From Candidatus Bathyarchaeota archaeon (GTDB taxonomy: Archaea; Thermoproteota; Bathyarchaeia; Bathyarchaeales; Bathycorpusculaceae): a stretch of 64,000 nucleotides of DNA. The notes under the pieces are model-generated. The model saw only the letters and a program-made list of their open reading frames with translations, ran no database searches and had not been told where the DNA came from. The translations under genes were made by a program, and so were the position numbers. Shown in pieces: positions 20,943 through 30,801 of the stretch. The stretch spans positions 256,001-320,000 of the forward strand of contig CAVTBV010000013.1 of assembly GCA_963733095.1 (NCBI GenBank), written 5' to 3'. Within the stretch, counting starts at the first letter, position 1. The number at the start of each line of letters is the position of its first letter.

Positions 20943-21057
20943 TGCCGGTCAAAGGGCCCGGGTTCCACCTGATCCCATTCCGAACTCAGAAGTTAAACCG
21001 AGCTCCGTTTCCAGCTGTAGTGTGGTCTTAGGCCACGTGAACCTGGGAAAGCTGGCA
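20943..21057 (+). rRNA. rrf: 5S rRNA (stand-alone)
   Basis: CACCTGATCCCATTCCGAACTCAGAAGTTAA core; terminal helix TGCCGG/CTGGCA; TATA-like box ~30 nt upstream. Confidence 0.95.
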
Positions 21058-21126
21058 ACATTTCTATTCACACCTACGTTTTCAAGTGAGATTTAGCATA
21101 GCTTTATAACTGTCTTTTAATAGTTT

Positions 21127-22260
21127 TTGAAAAGAAGTGGTGTCTTTAAAGTGAGTCTTATTCCCGGAAGCGATTCAATTACTCAGATTATCAGCTTACT
21201 CTCTTACGTGTTCTTCATAGTTCTCATTTTCTACGGTCAACGTATTCAGATGTACGTTATGATCCGTGAAGTCGAAAACTCTTTGCATAAGCTGCGGCAC
21301 ATCAAAGAGGAAGGTAGAAAAACTGCCATTGAAACCCTTAAAGAAATCGGCAAACCCACAAGCGACCCCTCCGCACGTGTTGACCGATACCTCGACTACT
21401 TCACCATAGGACCCCAAAATATGGATCCAGCTGGCATCGTCAACAAACTCGACCACATCTTGGATGTTCGAGACGAACGCCTAAAAGAAGAAGTCAAACT
21501 CATGGCTCCCGCAGTCCAAAACGATGAAGTTCAAATTAACAACCTTGAAAACACCCTCGAGGCAGCAATGGCCCTCAATTTCATCTACAAAGTTATACGC
21601 CACTACTACATCCAAGGCAAAAAAACCCTCAGCCTCTACGTCATCATGCAAATCCAAATGATCCTGCCCATGGTTATGAAAGAAGCAGACGCCTACTCAA
21701 GCGCTCTCAAAGCCTTTGCGTATGGTCAACCCATCGGCGATGGAGCAGGACCCTTGGTTGCGGGAAAACTTATGCATGGATACGAAATCCGCAAACTGCC
21801 CAAAGACTGCGTTATGGCATCTGTTCCAATCGAAGGTCGCACAGCTTTAATTATCAAAGCTGAAGGTCCCGGCGGAAACGTTGGCAAACCAGGCGAGGCC
21901 GTTGTAGCAGCCATTGAAGAGAACGAAGGCAAAATCGGCTGCCTCATCATGATCGATGCAGGTCTCAAACTTGAAGGCGAACTCGTCGGAGAAGTCTCCG
22001 AAGGCATCGGCGCAGCCATCGGTGGACCAGGCGTAGACGCATTCAAGATAGAAGAACAACTAACCAAATACAAGATACCCAACTACGCAGTAATCATCAA
22101 ACAAGACATAGGCGACGCCGTATCCCCTATGCGCAAAGAAATTAACGATGCAACCGACAAAGTCATCGAACGTGTCAAATCAGTCATCTTAGAACGCACC
22201 AAAGAAGGCGACAAAGTCATAATCGTCGGAGTCGGCAACTCTATCGGAGTTGGACAATAA
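21127..22260 (+). CDS. DUF1512 family protein
   Basis: N-terminal TM helix; PIGDGAGP, IDAGLKLEGE and GVGNSIGVGQ motifs. Confidence 0.85.
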   Translation: MKRSGVFKVSLIPGSDSITQIISLLSYVFFIVLIFYGQRIQMYVMIREVENSLHKLRHIKEEGRKTAIETLKEIGKPTSDPSARVDRYLDYFTIGPQNMDPAGIVNKLDHILDVRDERLKEEVKLMAPAVQNDEVQINNLENTLEAAMALNFIYKVIRHYYIQGKKTLSLYVIMQIQMILPMVMKEADAYSSALKAFAYGQPIGDGAGPLVAGKLMHGYEIRKLPKDCVMASVPIEGRTALIIKAEGPGGNVGKPGEAVVAAIEENEGKIGCLIMIDAGLKLEGELVGEVSEGIGAAIGGPGVDAFKIEEQLTKYKIPNYAVIIKQDIGDAVSPMRKEINDATDKVIERVKSVILERTKEGDKVIIVGVGNSIGVGQ

Positions 22261-22700
22261 TGAGGCTGAAAAACATGACGCAAAACCAAACCCGATCTGC
22301 AAACACCAACAAAAAAATCTCTACATACCTTACCATGATAGTTCTAATCGTCATGGCTCTCGCCGTAACAGCGTTGCTCATAGCAGGTGAAACCTACCTT
22401 GCAGGCGACCAACTAGCCGCCGGAGTTTTAGCAGGCATAGGCTTCATCGCATTGGTTCTCTCAGTGTTCCTACTCTACCAGTCCAAACTGCAATCTGCAC
22501 AGGTAAAAATTGAACCACCTAAAGTCATGACCACAATTGGATGTGTAAAGAACTGCGATTCAAAAAATGTCCGTGAATTCCAACGTGGCGATTACGTCTA
22601 TAAAGAACTCGACTCCGGCTGCCAAAAATGCGGCGGCAAACAAATGATAACAGCCATCTACAAAGAAGTCAAAGAAAAAGAAAAAACCTACAACGTCTAA
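22260..22700 (+). CDS. Membrane protein with C-terminal Zn ribbon
   Basis: Two TM helices; C..NC...REFQRGDYVYK...CQKCG; coupled to DUF1512. Confidence 0.75.
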   Translation: MRLKNMTQNQTRSANTNKKISTYLTMIVLIVMALAVTALLIAGETYLAGDQLAAGVLAGIGFIALVLSVFLLYQSKLQSAQVKIEPPKVMTTIGCVKNCDSKNVREFQRGDYVYKELDSGCQKCGGKQMITAIYKEVKEKEKTYNV

Positions 22701-22731
22701 TTTTTTAGACGTTTTAAAATTTTCTATTTTT

Positions 22732-23634
22732 TTAAGTTAAAACTTCGCAGCCCTCATCTTTTATCAGCAATGTATGTTCGGCTTGAGCCACTGGTTTTTT
22801 GCTTGCTTCAACAAAAACTGGGTACCCCATGATTGCTTTTGATGTGAATAGTTCTTTGAAGGCAGCTTTATGCTGTTCGGCGGATACGGTGTCGATGAGC
22901 CAGCGTTCTGCAAAGGGGAGGGTTCTGAAGTTGGTTTCGATGTGTTTGAGCATTTTTTTTGCTGCTTCGGTTTTAGTGGATTTGGCTTTTAGTAAGCGGT
23001 AAATGGTGATTTGTGGGGAGTCGTCTACTCGGCCTATTGCATCGGGCAACGTAACGAATGGTTCTATGGCGTACACTTCACCCGTCCGCACCTTATTTAG
23101 TGAAACTAGGGAGACGTTGGGGATGGATGTTCCAGCATGGATTAGGTACCGCCCAACCGAATGCCCTGTAAGGTTGCTGATGGGTTTGAAGCCGCGGTTT
23201 TTTATAGTTGTCTCGATTAATGCACCTATTTTTCCTAGTCCCATATCGCCGTGGATGTTGTCTATCGCCGTTTTGAGTGCAAGTTCAGCGGTGTTTGCCA
23301 TGCTTCTGCCTTCAGGGTTAAAAGAGACGGTAAATGCAGTGTCGGTTACGTAGCCATTAACGTGAACGCCAAGGTCTACCTTAACTGTGGAGCCTTCAGG
23401 AATCAGCGACTTATCTCCTGGTGGTGAGGTGTAATGTGCCGCGACCTCGTTTATGCTGACGTTGCAGGGAAACGCAGGTTTGCCGCCCTTAGCACGTATG
23501 AGTCCTTCTGCTTTTTCGCAGATATCAATAACTGGCATGTTTTCCTCTACGAAACTGCGCATTTCTTCACGTGTTTCACGTAGAATCTTGCCCGATAAAC
23601 GGAATGTTTCGAGTTCTTCTTTGTCGTACGGCAT
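22732..23634 (-). CDS. map: Methionine aminopeptidase type II
   Basis: AAHYT, DLGVHVNGYVTDTA, NLTGH, AIEPF and AQAEHT motifs. Confidence 0.95.
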   Translation of the reverse strand: MPYDKEELETFRLSGKILRETREEMRSFVEENMPVIDICEKAEGLIRAKGGKPAFPCNVSINEVAAHYTSPPGDKSLIPEGSTVKVDLGVHVNGYVTDTAFTVSFNPEGRSMANTAELALKTAIDNIHGDMGLGKIGALIETTIKNRGFKPISNLTGHSVGRYLIHAGTSIPNVSLVSLNKVRTGEVYAIEPFVTLPDAIGRVDDSPQITIYRLLKAKSTKTEAAKKMLKHIETNFRTLPFAERWLIDTVSAEQHKAAFKELFTSKAIMGYPVFVEASKKPVAQAEHTLLIKDEGCEVLT

Positions 23635-23719
23635 AGCGTTTCACTGTGTATAAAACGGATTGCCTTTGACACTTAAATTCATAACCACAAAGAAGAGGCT
23701 CAAACAAGATAAAAGAAAC

Positions 23720-24532
23720 TTATTTGGCGGTTTTTCTGCGCAAGAGTACAATTAAGGAAACTGTCAGGACAGCAACAAGCACAGCCAAAATTATTAGCGC
23801 AGTTTGCATCCAGTCTAAACTAGAAAGTGCGCCTGTTAGTATGTTTGGTGGGTTTGGGGTTTGGGTTGGGGTTGTATTGGGAAGGTATGGGTTGAAGGTT
23901 GGGTTTGCTGTAGGGTTCGGCGTTGATATGGGCTGCTGGGTTGGGGTTGAAATGATTGGGTTTCCGATTGTGATTGTTTGTGCGGGGCTCCAATCGCTTT
24001 GTGCAACGATGATTGTTTGGGACCCGGTGAAACAGCTGCCAGAATAGGTACTATTTGTATAGCTTATAACAGCTTGGGCTTCAAAATCGATTTGGCCGCC
24101 TTGAGGTATATTCCAGTATTGGATTTCAAAGGAGACCGCTGTGTTAGCGGAGGTTGAAGCTTGAAGACCGTTCTGGCCGTGGCCGCTATTTGCGTTGGTC
24201 CAGTCTTCGAAGTGTCCCTTGGAGCGGACATTGAAGTATAGGTTGACTTGTTGGCCACTGGCTGGATCAGTGTAGGGTGTGAATGGTTGATTCTTAATCG
24301 TGACATCGATGGTTCGGTTATCAACATGGTAACCGCCGCTGACTACGATGGTTTGTCCCGTGTAGGGGTCTGTTCCATACGTTGGAGGGACATCGTAGGA
24401 GTGGTCGACGTATTGAACAGTGAATTCAGGTACAGCTGGGTTAGAAGCCGCTGTTGCGGGGTAAACTGTTAAAGTTGAGGAAGCTGCTAAGACAAAAATT
24501 ATCAGCAACGGGAATATCTTTTTGGATTCCAT
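23720..24532 (-). CDS. Secreted, membrane-anchored surface protein
   Basis: Signal peptide, PEFT...SYDVPP, SDWS..QTITI, P/T linker, TM helix and basic tail. Confidence 0.8.
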   Translation of the reverse strand: MESKKIFPLLIIFVLAASSTLTVYPATAASNPAVPEFTVQYVDHSYDVPPTYGTDPYTGQTIVVSGGYHVDNRTIDVTIKNQPFTPYTDPASGQQVNLYFNVRSKGHFEDWTNANSGHGQNGLQASTSANTAVSFEIQYWNIPQGGQIDFEAQAVISYTNSTYSGSCFTGSQTIIVAQSDWSPAQTITIGNPIISTPTQQPISTPNPTANPTFNPYLPNTTPTQTPNPPNILTGALSSLDWMQTALIILAVLVAVLTVSLIVLLRRKTAK

Positions 24533-24648
24533 ACTCTACCCTTAGGGCTGTCTTGATAAAAAGCTTCCAGTAAAGAAATCTTGACTAATAACGAGTCAAA
24601 GTTTCTTTACGAACAACCTTTTATGCAGATACCTCTTGATAGAGAAGT

Positions 24649-25221
24649 ATGCGAACCAAAACTACCCTGTTACTCATCTTCCTCATATTAGTTTCAGGTC
24701 TGATTGCAATCGCGCCTGCCTTCACACAAATCAGCCCCAACGTTCCACGGTTCACATTGAAAATCGAAGATGACTCTCACAATATAACAAACGCCACAGG
24801 AACCTACCACGTGCAGATAAAATTCATTGACGTTGTCATAAATAACACTGGGGACCTGTCAAATTATGCTGTTGTTAACGAAACCCTTGTTAAACTGTAC
24901 TATAACATCCGCGTTAAAGATCACGCGCAAGACTGGTCAACGGCATTAGTTACTCCTAACCTTGCCCCATCAACTACAGGTTATACGACTGTGAAGTTTG
25001 GACTCGGCAGCACTAACCCAGACCCAGGCGGTTGGAGCATCTGGATTGGCAACATTACCAAGAGCAGCCAAGTAGATATTCAAGTACTGGGAATCGACGG
25101 GTTTTACACAAAACTCATAGATAATCCACCCTGCTGGCGAATACCCGAATTCAGCGTCTTTAACGAAACAGGACGAAGCGCTTGGAGTGCCACGCAAACA
25201 ATAACAATACCAAGCAACTAA
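24649..25221 (+). CDS. Secreted paralog of 23720..24532 lacking the membrane anchor
   Basis: Shares P.FT, LYYNIRVK.H..DW and SAWSATQTITI with its neighbour. Confidence 0.75.
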   Translation: MRTKTTLLLIFLILVSGLIAIAPAFTQISPNVPRFTLKIEDDSHNITNATGTYHVQIKFIDVVINNTGDLSNYAVVNETLVKLYYNIRVKDHAQDWSTALVTPNLAPSTTGYTTVKFGLGSTNPDPGGWSIWIGNITKSSQVDIQVLGIDGFYTKLIDNPPCWRIPEFSVFNETGRSAWSATQTITIPSN

Positions 25222-25529
25222 ACCTCACAATCTGTTGCCGAAACTTCTGCTATCTCTAAACATGCCCTATAATTTCTAATAGAATCCAAAATATGCAAAG
25301 TGCTAATCAGCAAGAGTACCGCTTTGGGCATGATTATTTTTTTTGTGACATATTGTGTCAGACGAAATATGCCTTTTATGACAAAGTGAGGTTTGGTTGT
25401 TTGAGGAGTAAAGGAGAAGGCCATCGGACCGAAAAACCCTCTAATGAGGCGGTCCGTATTACCTAATTTTACGTGATTTCCAGGCAATGTAGATCGCAGA
25501 CTAAATAAGGAATGATTTTTCAGCACTAA

Positions 25530-26186
25530 CTAAGTAATCCGCGTGGCAGTTTCAATAATGAACCCTTTCCTACCCAAAGTGTAAGTTAACCTGCGCGTCG
25601 GAATAATTGTACCTGACATCTTCCGGATAATCAAATGTCTCATAGTCACATCAGCGGACCACGTCAGCGCGAAGTTTACTGCGCCTTCTGCGAAGTGGTT
25701 CATTGTGGTTTCAGCTAGCGGGTCTTGCATACCTTCGGTGAGAAGGAGTAGTTGGAAATTATCGCTTTTTCTGTTCTGATGAGTCATGGACGTAACAAGA
25801 TCAACTATATTTTCTATTTTTTGGGTGAGCAGCAACTCTGAGATGGAGTCGATGGCGACTGTTCTTAATTGTTTCATTTCATCCAAAACTGTATCCTGCA
25901 GTACACTTGGAGTGACATTTTTTAAGCTCTTGAACCTCCACGTTTCATTTTCCTCAAACGCTGCAGTGTCCCATCCATAGGCGGCCATATCTTCTCTGAT
26001 ACTTTCTGCCGTGGTGCTAACTGAAAAGTAGGTTACAGGGCACGTTTTTATCCTGTTGAACAAGACTTGTCTTGCGAAGACTTCGTTCCCTGACCCAGGT
26101 AACCCTGTAAGAAGTATGATTCGTGGTGGCAACCCGCCCATTAGAAACTCATCAAGGCCTGCAATTCCTGTCTTAACAATCTTCAA
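25530..26186 (-). CDS. KaiC/RAD55/FlaH-like RecA-fold protein with degenerate Walker A
   Basis: KTGIAGLDE..GGLP, GLPGSGNE (K replaced by N), VAIDS, IRKM.GT. Confidence 0.85.
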   Translation of the reverse strand: MKIVKTGIAGLDEFLMGGLPPRIILLTGLPGSGNEVFARQVLFNRIKTCPVTYFSVSTTAESIREDMAAYGWDTAAFEENETWRFKSLKNVTPSVLQDTVLDEMKQLRTVAIDSISELLLTQKIENIVDLVTSMTHQNRKSDNFQLLLLTEGMQDPLAETTMNHFAEGAVNFALTWSADVTMRHLIIRKMSGTIIPTRRLTYTLGRKGFIIETATRIT

Positions 26187-26353
26187 GAGTAGTCACTTTT
26201 TGGATATCAATATCTTATGGCTTAGTTATAACTTTTGTATTATTGAAGTATTGATTACTCATACAACTCTTGTTATATTAACTACTTGAATTTGTATCAT
26301 TTTAAAATCTAAGTAATTACATATTCTATTATTTGACACATATCGGAATTCGA

Positions 26354-26368
26354 TAGAAGATTAATCCA
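26354..26368 (+). promoter_or_regulatory. Shared pilin-promoter palindrome (copy 1)
   Basis: TAGAAGATTAATCCA, ~7 nt before TTTAAA. Confidence 0.65.
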
Positions 26369-26433
26369 ACATACTTTTAAAGACCTGGAGCTAAGTAGAA
26401 AGTCAATCAACCAATATAGGAGAAAAAAACCAA

Positions 26434-26886
26434 ATGAATATTGGAAAAACAATAAGAAAATTCCGTAGAAACACACGCGCAATCTCACCAGTAATAGCTA
26501 CTCTACTCATGATCGCCATCGCAGTCGTAGCTTCTTTGGTTACATATGCTTGGGTTATGGGATACATGAACTTCACAACAGAGAAGACTGGCAAAGCAAT
26601 ACAAATCCAAAGTGTTACTTATTCAGGTCCAACTCCCGGTACATTTACAATATATGTGCAAAACGTCGGTTCTTCAGATGTTATGTTGTCTTCTGTATTT
26701 ATAAATGGAGCAGCGGCCACAACAACCTTTAACCCAGTTTCAGGAAGCTTGGACACAACCACTACATCAACAATTACTGCAACGACAAACGCATTAACTA
26801 CTCCCGGTGTGCAACAAGTAACTATCAAAGTCACAACTACCGACGGAACATTCAGCCAAGTAACTCAGCAATTCACAATCCAGTAA
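26434..26886 (+). CDS. Archaeal type IV pilin (probable major pilin)
   Basis: Class III signal peptide RA/ISPVIATLLMIAIAVVA; YVQNVG and TTTDGTF motifs. Confidence 0.9.
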   Translation: MNIGKTIRKFRRNTRAISPVIATLLMIAIAVVASLVTYAWVMGYMNFTTEKTGKAIQIQSVTYSGPTPGTFTIYVQNVGSSDVMLSSVFINGAAATTTFNPVSGSLDTTTTSTITATTNALTTPGVQQVTIKVTTTDGTFSQVTQQFTIQ

Positions 26887-26932
26887 GAGTGAATTGTTTG
26901 AGCTTTTTCTTTTCATATTTTTTTAAGTTTAT

Positions 26933-28642
26933 ATGCAAAAAAAGAATATGTACGAGTGGGGCATCGCTAAGTTGACATCTAACCGGAAACTGTTTTCTCG
27001 CAAAAAACCAGTAGAGGTTTCGGACTCTGCAAAAGATTTGCAAACAAAAATAAAGAAGAAAAAGAGTTCATCCCCAAGAAAGCTGTCTTTGTTCACTAAA
27101 AAAGCCACACTTGAAGTTCCTGTTACTCTGGTTCCAGAGGTAGCGACACCAGTTTGTGAACCAGTTAACGAGAAAGTGCTCGAAACTTACTCGCTTATCG
27201 AGCCTTATTGCCGGGTAAGTATCGTTAAGGATTTGGACAGAGGAAACATCAAATATATGGTTGAGGAACCCAAACTCACAATTGAAGATGAAGCTAACCT
27301 TAAGCGGCTAAAAGAAATCCTCAATCAAATAATAACCCTGAAGCCGTCAGATTTGCAGACAAAAGAGGCGGCTGGAAAATACCTTGTAGCCAAGAGTAAA
27401 GAAATTTTTAATGACTACGATTTCAAAATCGATGAAGCCACTCAAAATAGGCTGCTCTATTGCATAGTTAGAGATAATCTTGGCTTTGGAAAAATAGATT
27501 CACTAATGCATGACCAATTAATAGAGGACCTCTCCTGCGATGGGGTCAACGTTCCACTTTTCGTTTGGCACCGCAAATCTGAGTCCATTCCAACTAACAT
27601 CCGATTTGAAACAGAAGAGGAACTTGACTCGTTCGCTCTTCGACTCGCCTATATGTGTGGAAGTCACGTATCGATCGCTCAACCACTATTAGATGCAAGT
27701 TTGCCCGATGGCAGCAGAATCAACCTTACCTACGGCAAAGAAGTCACCCGAAAAGGATCAACATTCACAATAAGAAAATTCAAACTTGACCCATTCACAG
27801 TAACGGATCTAATCACTTTTGGCACGATTTCTGCTGATATGGCTGCCTTCTTATGGTACGCCGTCGAAAACCGAGTATCTATCCTAGTAGCTGGTGGCAT
27901 TGCTGCAGGCAAAACTACATTACTAAACTGCCTTAGCATGTTCATTAAAGCTGACTTAAAAGTTGTTTCAATCGAAGATACTCCAGAAATCAATCTTCCG
28001 CACGAAAACTGGATTCCAGCAACCACTAGGTCACATTTTGGTATAGCCACCGATTCAGCAGATGTAACACTATTCGATTTGCTTAAAGCCTCTTTGAGAC
28101 AAAGACCTGACTACATCATCGTAGGCGAAATCAGGGGAACTGAAGCCTACACACTTTTCCAAGCCGTAAGCACAGGGCACCTTGGGATGTCAACTGTCCA
28201 CGCGGAGTCAGTTGAATCGGCAGTTTACCGTTTAGAATCAGCGCCAATGAACATTCCCCGCACTCTCATCGCCGGCATCGACATTATTCTGGTTCAAAAG
28301 CGAGTTGAAATTAAAGGCAAACCTATGCGAAAGACTGTTGCTGCCTCAGAAATCGTCGGTTTAGATCCTCGTTCAGGAGAAATTTTAACAAACGAAGTTT
28401 ATCGTTGGAACGCGACAGATGAGACTTTTGATTATACTGGTCGAAGTTATATTCTTGAGAAAATTGCTGAAAAAACAGGCTTAAGTATTGAACAAGCTGA
28501 AGAAGAACTCAAAAACAGAAAGAAAGTAATTACCTGGATGGCTGAGAAGAATATTCGCAATTACAAGGACGTATCCAACATTATTCGATCATATATGGAG
28601 AATCCTGAACGCATACTCGCGGAGGCTTTGAAAGACGAATAG
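26933..28642 (+). CDS. Type IV pilus assembly ATPase (PilB/FlaI/TadA family)
   Basis: GGIAAGKTT, SIEDTPE, LRQRPDYIIVGEIRG and TGH motifs. Confidence 0.93.
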   Translation: MQKKNMYEWGIAKLTSNRKLFSRKKPVEVSDSAKDLQTKIKKKKSSSPRKLSLFTKKATLEVPVTLVPEVATPVCEPVNEKVLETYSLIEPYCRVSIVKDLDRGNIKYMVEEPKLTIEDEANLKRLKEILNQIITLKPSDLQTKEAAGKYLVAKSKEIFNDYDFKIDEATQNRLLYCIVRDNLGFGKIDSLMHDQLIEDLSCDGVNVPLFVWHRKSESIPTNIRFETEEELDSFALRLAYMCGSHVSIAQPLLDASLPDGSRINLTYGKEVTRKGSTFTIRKFKLDPFTVTDLITFGTISADMAAFLWYAVENRVSILVAGGIAAGKTTLLNCLSMFIKADLKVVSIEDTPEINLPHENWIPATTRSHFGIATDSADVTLFDLLKASLRQRPDYIIVGEIRGTEAYTLFQAVSTGHLGMSTVHAESVESAVYRLESAPMNIPRTLIAGIDIILVQKRVEIKGKPMRKTVAASEIVGLDPRSGEILTNEVYRWNATDETFDYTGRSYILEKIAEKTGLSIEQAEEELKNRKKVITWMAEKNIRNYKDVSNIIRSYMENPERILAEALKDE

Positions 28643-28646
28643 ACGG

Positions 28647-29513
28647 TTGCTGGCACTCTTTTTAAGAGTGTCCAAGTTTGTTCCTTCATCCTTTGTTAAA
28701 GAATTCAAGAGTTTGGAGGAAAACCTATCTAAGGCGGCTGTAAAAATTACCTTTGAAGCCTACTTAGGTTTAATGGCGTTCTCTACGCTTTTGGCAACAA
28801 TAGTGGGCTTTGTGTTTTCTCTTCTGATTTTTTCAGTCCGACTTCCCTTTGCTCCGGCATTTATATTTTCAATAATAGCTGCAATGATCACAGGTATAAC
28901 GGTTTTCGGATTTTGTTATGTTTACCCTGTTCTTGCTATATCTTCTAAAGTTCGAAAGATCGACTCAAATTTACCCTTAACCGCCAACTTCATGGCCGTG
29001 TTGGCAAGTTCAGGTATGCCTCCCGAACGTATTTTCAGATCCTTAGCCAATGTGGGCGACGAATTCGGGGTTGGAGATGAAATGCGGCGAGCAATTGCTG
29101 ACACCGAATTGATGGGTTTAGATTTAAACGATGCTTTGAGGCGGGCATCTTTAAGGTCTGCTTCAAGAAAGTTTGGTGCCATGTTAGATGGAATTGTTAC
29201 CACTTCTCACATGGGTGGTGACTTAGCTTCTTATCTCCGAGATGAGTCCGAAAAAGCTAAAAAGTTAAGGGTTACCTCAATGAAAAGTTTCTTGGATAGT
29301 CTTGCAGGCATGGCTGAAGTCTATGTCAGTTTTATGATTGCGCTTCCTTTGGTCCTTGTTGTTATGTTATCCGTAATGTCTTTCTTAGGCGGCGGATCAA
29401 TGCTTGCTGGCATGGATCCTCAAACCGTTTTGCTTCTCATGACCTTTGTAGTGACTCCTGCAGGTGTGGGAATAATGATGCTGATGGTCGATTCAATGAC
29501 TCCTCCGAGGTAA
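28647..29513 (+). CDS. T2SS-F/PilC-like pilus platform membrane protein
   Basis: IDSNLP...LASSGMP...ALRR..GG.L..YL; TM helices; operon context. Confidence 0.88.
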   Translation: MLALFLRVSKFVPSSFVKEFKSLEENLSKAAVKITFEAYLGLMAFSTLLATIVGFVFSLLIFSVRLPFAPAFIFSIIAAMITGITVFGFCYVYPVLAISSKVRKIDSNLPLTANFMAVLASSGMPPERIFRSLANVGDEFGVGDEMRRAIADTELMGLDLNDALRRASLRSASRKFGAMLDGIVTTSHMGGDLASYLRDESEKAKKLRVTSMKSFLDSLAGMAEVYVSFMIALPLVLVVMLSVMSFLGGGSMLAGMDPQTVLLLMTFVVTPAGVGIMMLMVDSMTPPR

Positions 29514-29518
29514 TATAA

Positions 29519-30373
29519 ATGGGTAAAGTGACAACCAAGAAAAAGCAATTGACTGTTGGGATTTCGATAATTGCAGTAATCGTAGCTGTAGCAATTATTG
29601 CTGCTATATCCTTCTCAGCTTTAACAACTTACATCAATGAAATCTTTTTCGTCAGCCTACTTGTAATATTAGTTCCTTCGGCTATTCTCGACTTGAAACA
29701 TCAAAGATGGATATCCTCAATAGAAAATCAAATGCCTTTGCTTGTCCGAGGTGTTGCAGAATCTCAAGAAACCGGCATGACTCTAATTAGAGCTTTAGAA
29801 AAAGTTGTCGATAACAAAATGGTTAGCGGTCCCCTTTCAAAAGAAGTAAAGCAGTTAGTTATCGAAATGTCCTGGGGAACCTCCTTTGAAGATGCACTAA
29901 CCAACTTCAAAAACCGCATAAACTCACCTATCGTAAATCGCTTCTGTGTGCTAGTTTTGGAAGCAAGCCGATCAGGGGGTACAATCAAAAAAGTCTTTAC
30001 GGCTACAGCTGGTTTCATGGAAGAAATGAAAGACATCGATAGGGAAACAGACTCGCAAATGAAACCTTACATAATAGTAATTTACGCTGCCTTTGCAGTG
30101 TTTATCGTTACCGCAATTCTGCTAGTGCGTTCATTTTTTGCTCCGATGTCTGGGTCTCAACAAATATCAGGCTCAGGAAATGCTGTAATTGGTGGGGTGG
30201 GCGGTCTAAAGGACTTCTTCTACCAAGACATGCTTGTTTCAGCCTTAACTGGGGGATTAATGGCGGGAAAAATTGGGGAACGCAGAGTAGCCGGAGGCAT
30301 GAAACATTCAATCCTACTTGTTATAGTTGGATATGCCGTATTCCTTGCAGGTATACCTCCCAACTGGATGTGA
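29519..30373 (+). CDS. Second T2SS-F/PilC-like platform protein
   Basis: ENQMP...ETGMTL..AL...SWG.SFE.AL...ASRSGG. Confidence 0.88.
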   Translation: MGKVTTKKKQLTVGISIIAVIVAVAIIAAISFSALTTYINEIFFVSLLVILVPSAILDLKHQRWISSIENQMPLLVRGVAESQETGMTLIRALEKVVDNKMVSGPLSKEVKQLVIEMSWGTSFEDALTNFKNRINSPIVNRFCVLVLEASRSGGTIKKVFTATAGFMEEMKDIDRETDSQMKPYIIVIYAAFAVFIVTAILLVRSFFAPMSGSQQISGSGNAVIGGVGGLKDFFYQDMLVSALTGGLMAGKIGERRVAGGMKHSILLVIVGYAVFLAGIPPNWM

Positions 30374-30801
30374 AAAAAATGAAAAGAAACCTATTCAGAA
30401 ACGAAAAAGGTGTCTCAACCGTCATCGGGACAATTCTAATGATATTGGTTGTTATGGCGGGCATGAGCATACTTTTTGGTGCTCTAATAGTTTACTCTGA
30501 TGATTTCCATTCAGGCAGTGGAAGCTCAGTGTTAGAATCCATAACCGTTGAAGATGTTTATTTCATCAACCAAAATACTGTTCAGCTTTCAATTTATAAC
30601 ACTGGCAAAGTGCAATTAACAATTAGCAACGTTTACATAAATGGGGATTTGGCAACAATTAATGCTGAGTTAACGCTCGATGAGGGTGCCCATGGAGTTA
30701 TTGTTGTAACTCCATCTCCTGCTTTCAGTATCGGTTCAGGTTATGACTTCAAAATTGTCACTTTAAGGGGAAGTGGCTTCGAGGGAACATACATATGGTA
30801 A
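30370..30801 (+). CDS. Minor archaeal pilin
   Basis: KG/VSTVIGTILMI class III signal peptide; YNTG; IVTLRG. Confidence 0.85.
   Translation: MKKMKRNLFRNEKGVSTVIGTILMILVVMAGMSILFGALIVYSDDFHSGSGSSVLESITVEDVYFINQNTVQLSIYNTGKVQLTISNVYINGDLATINAELTLDEGAHGVIVVTPSPAFSIGSGYDFKIVTLRGSGFEGTYIW

Noticed and set aside
20839-21096. 85-aa ORF
   Set aside because: It overlaps the 5S rRNA gene.
25218-25526. 102-aa ORF downstream of the KaiC-like gene
   Set aside because: No recognisable motif and atypical composition; it cannot be supported as a gene.
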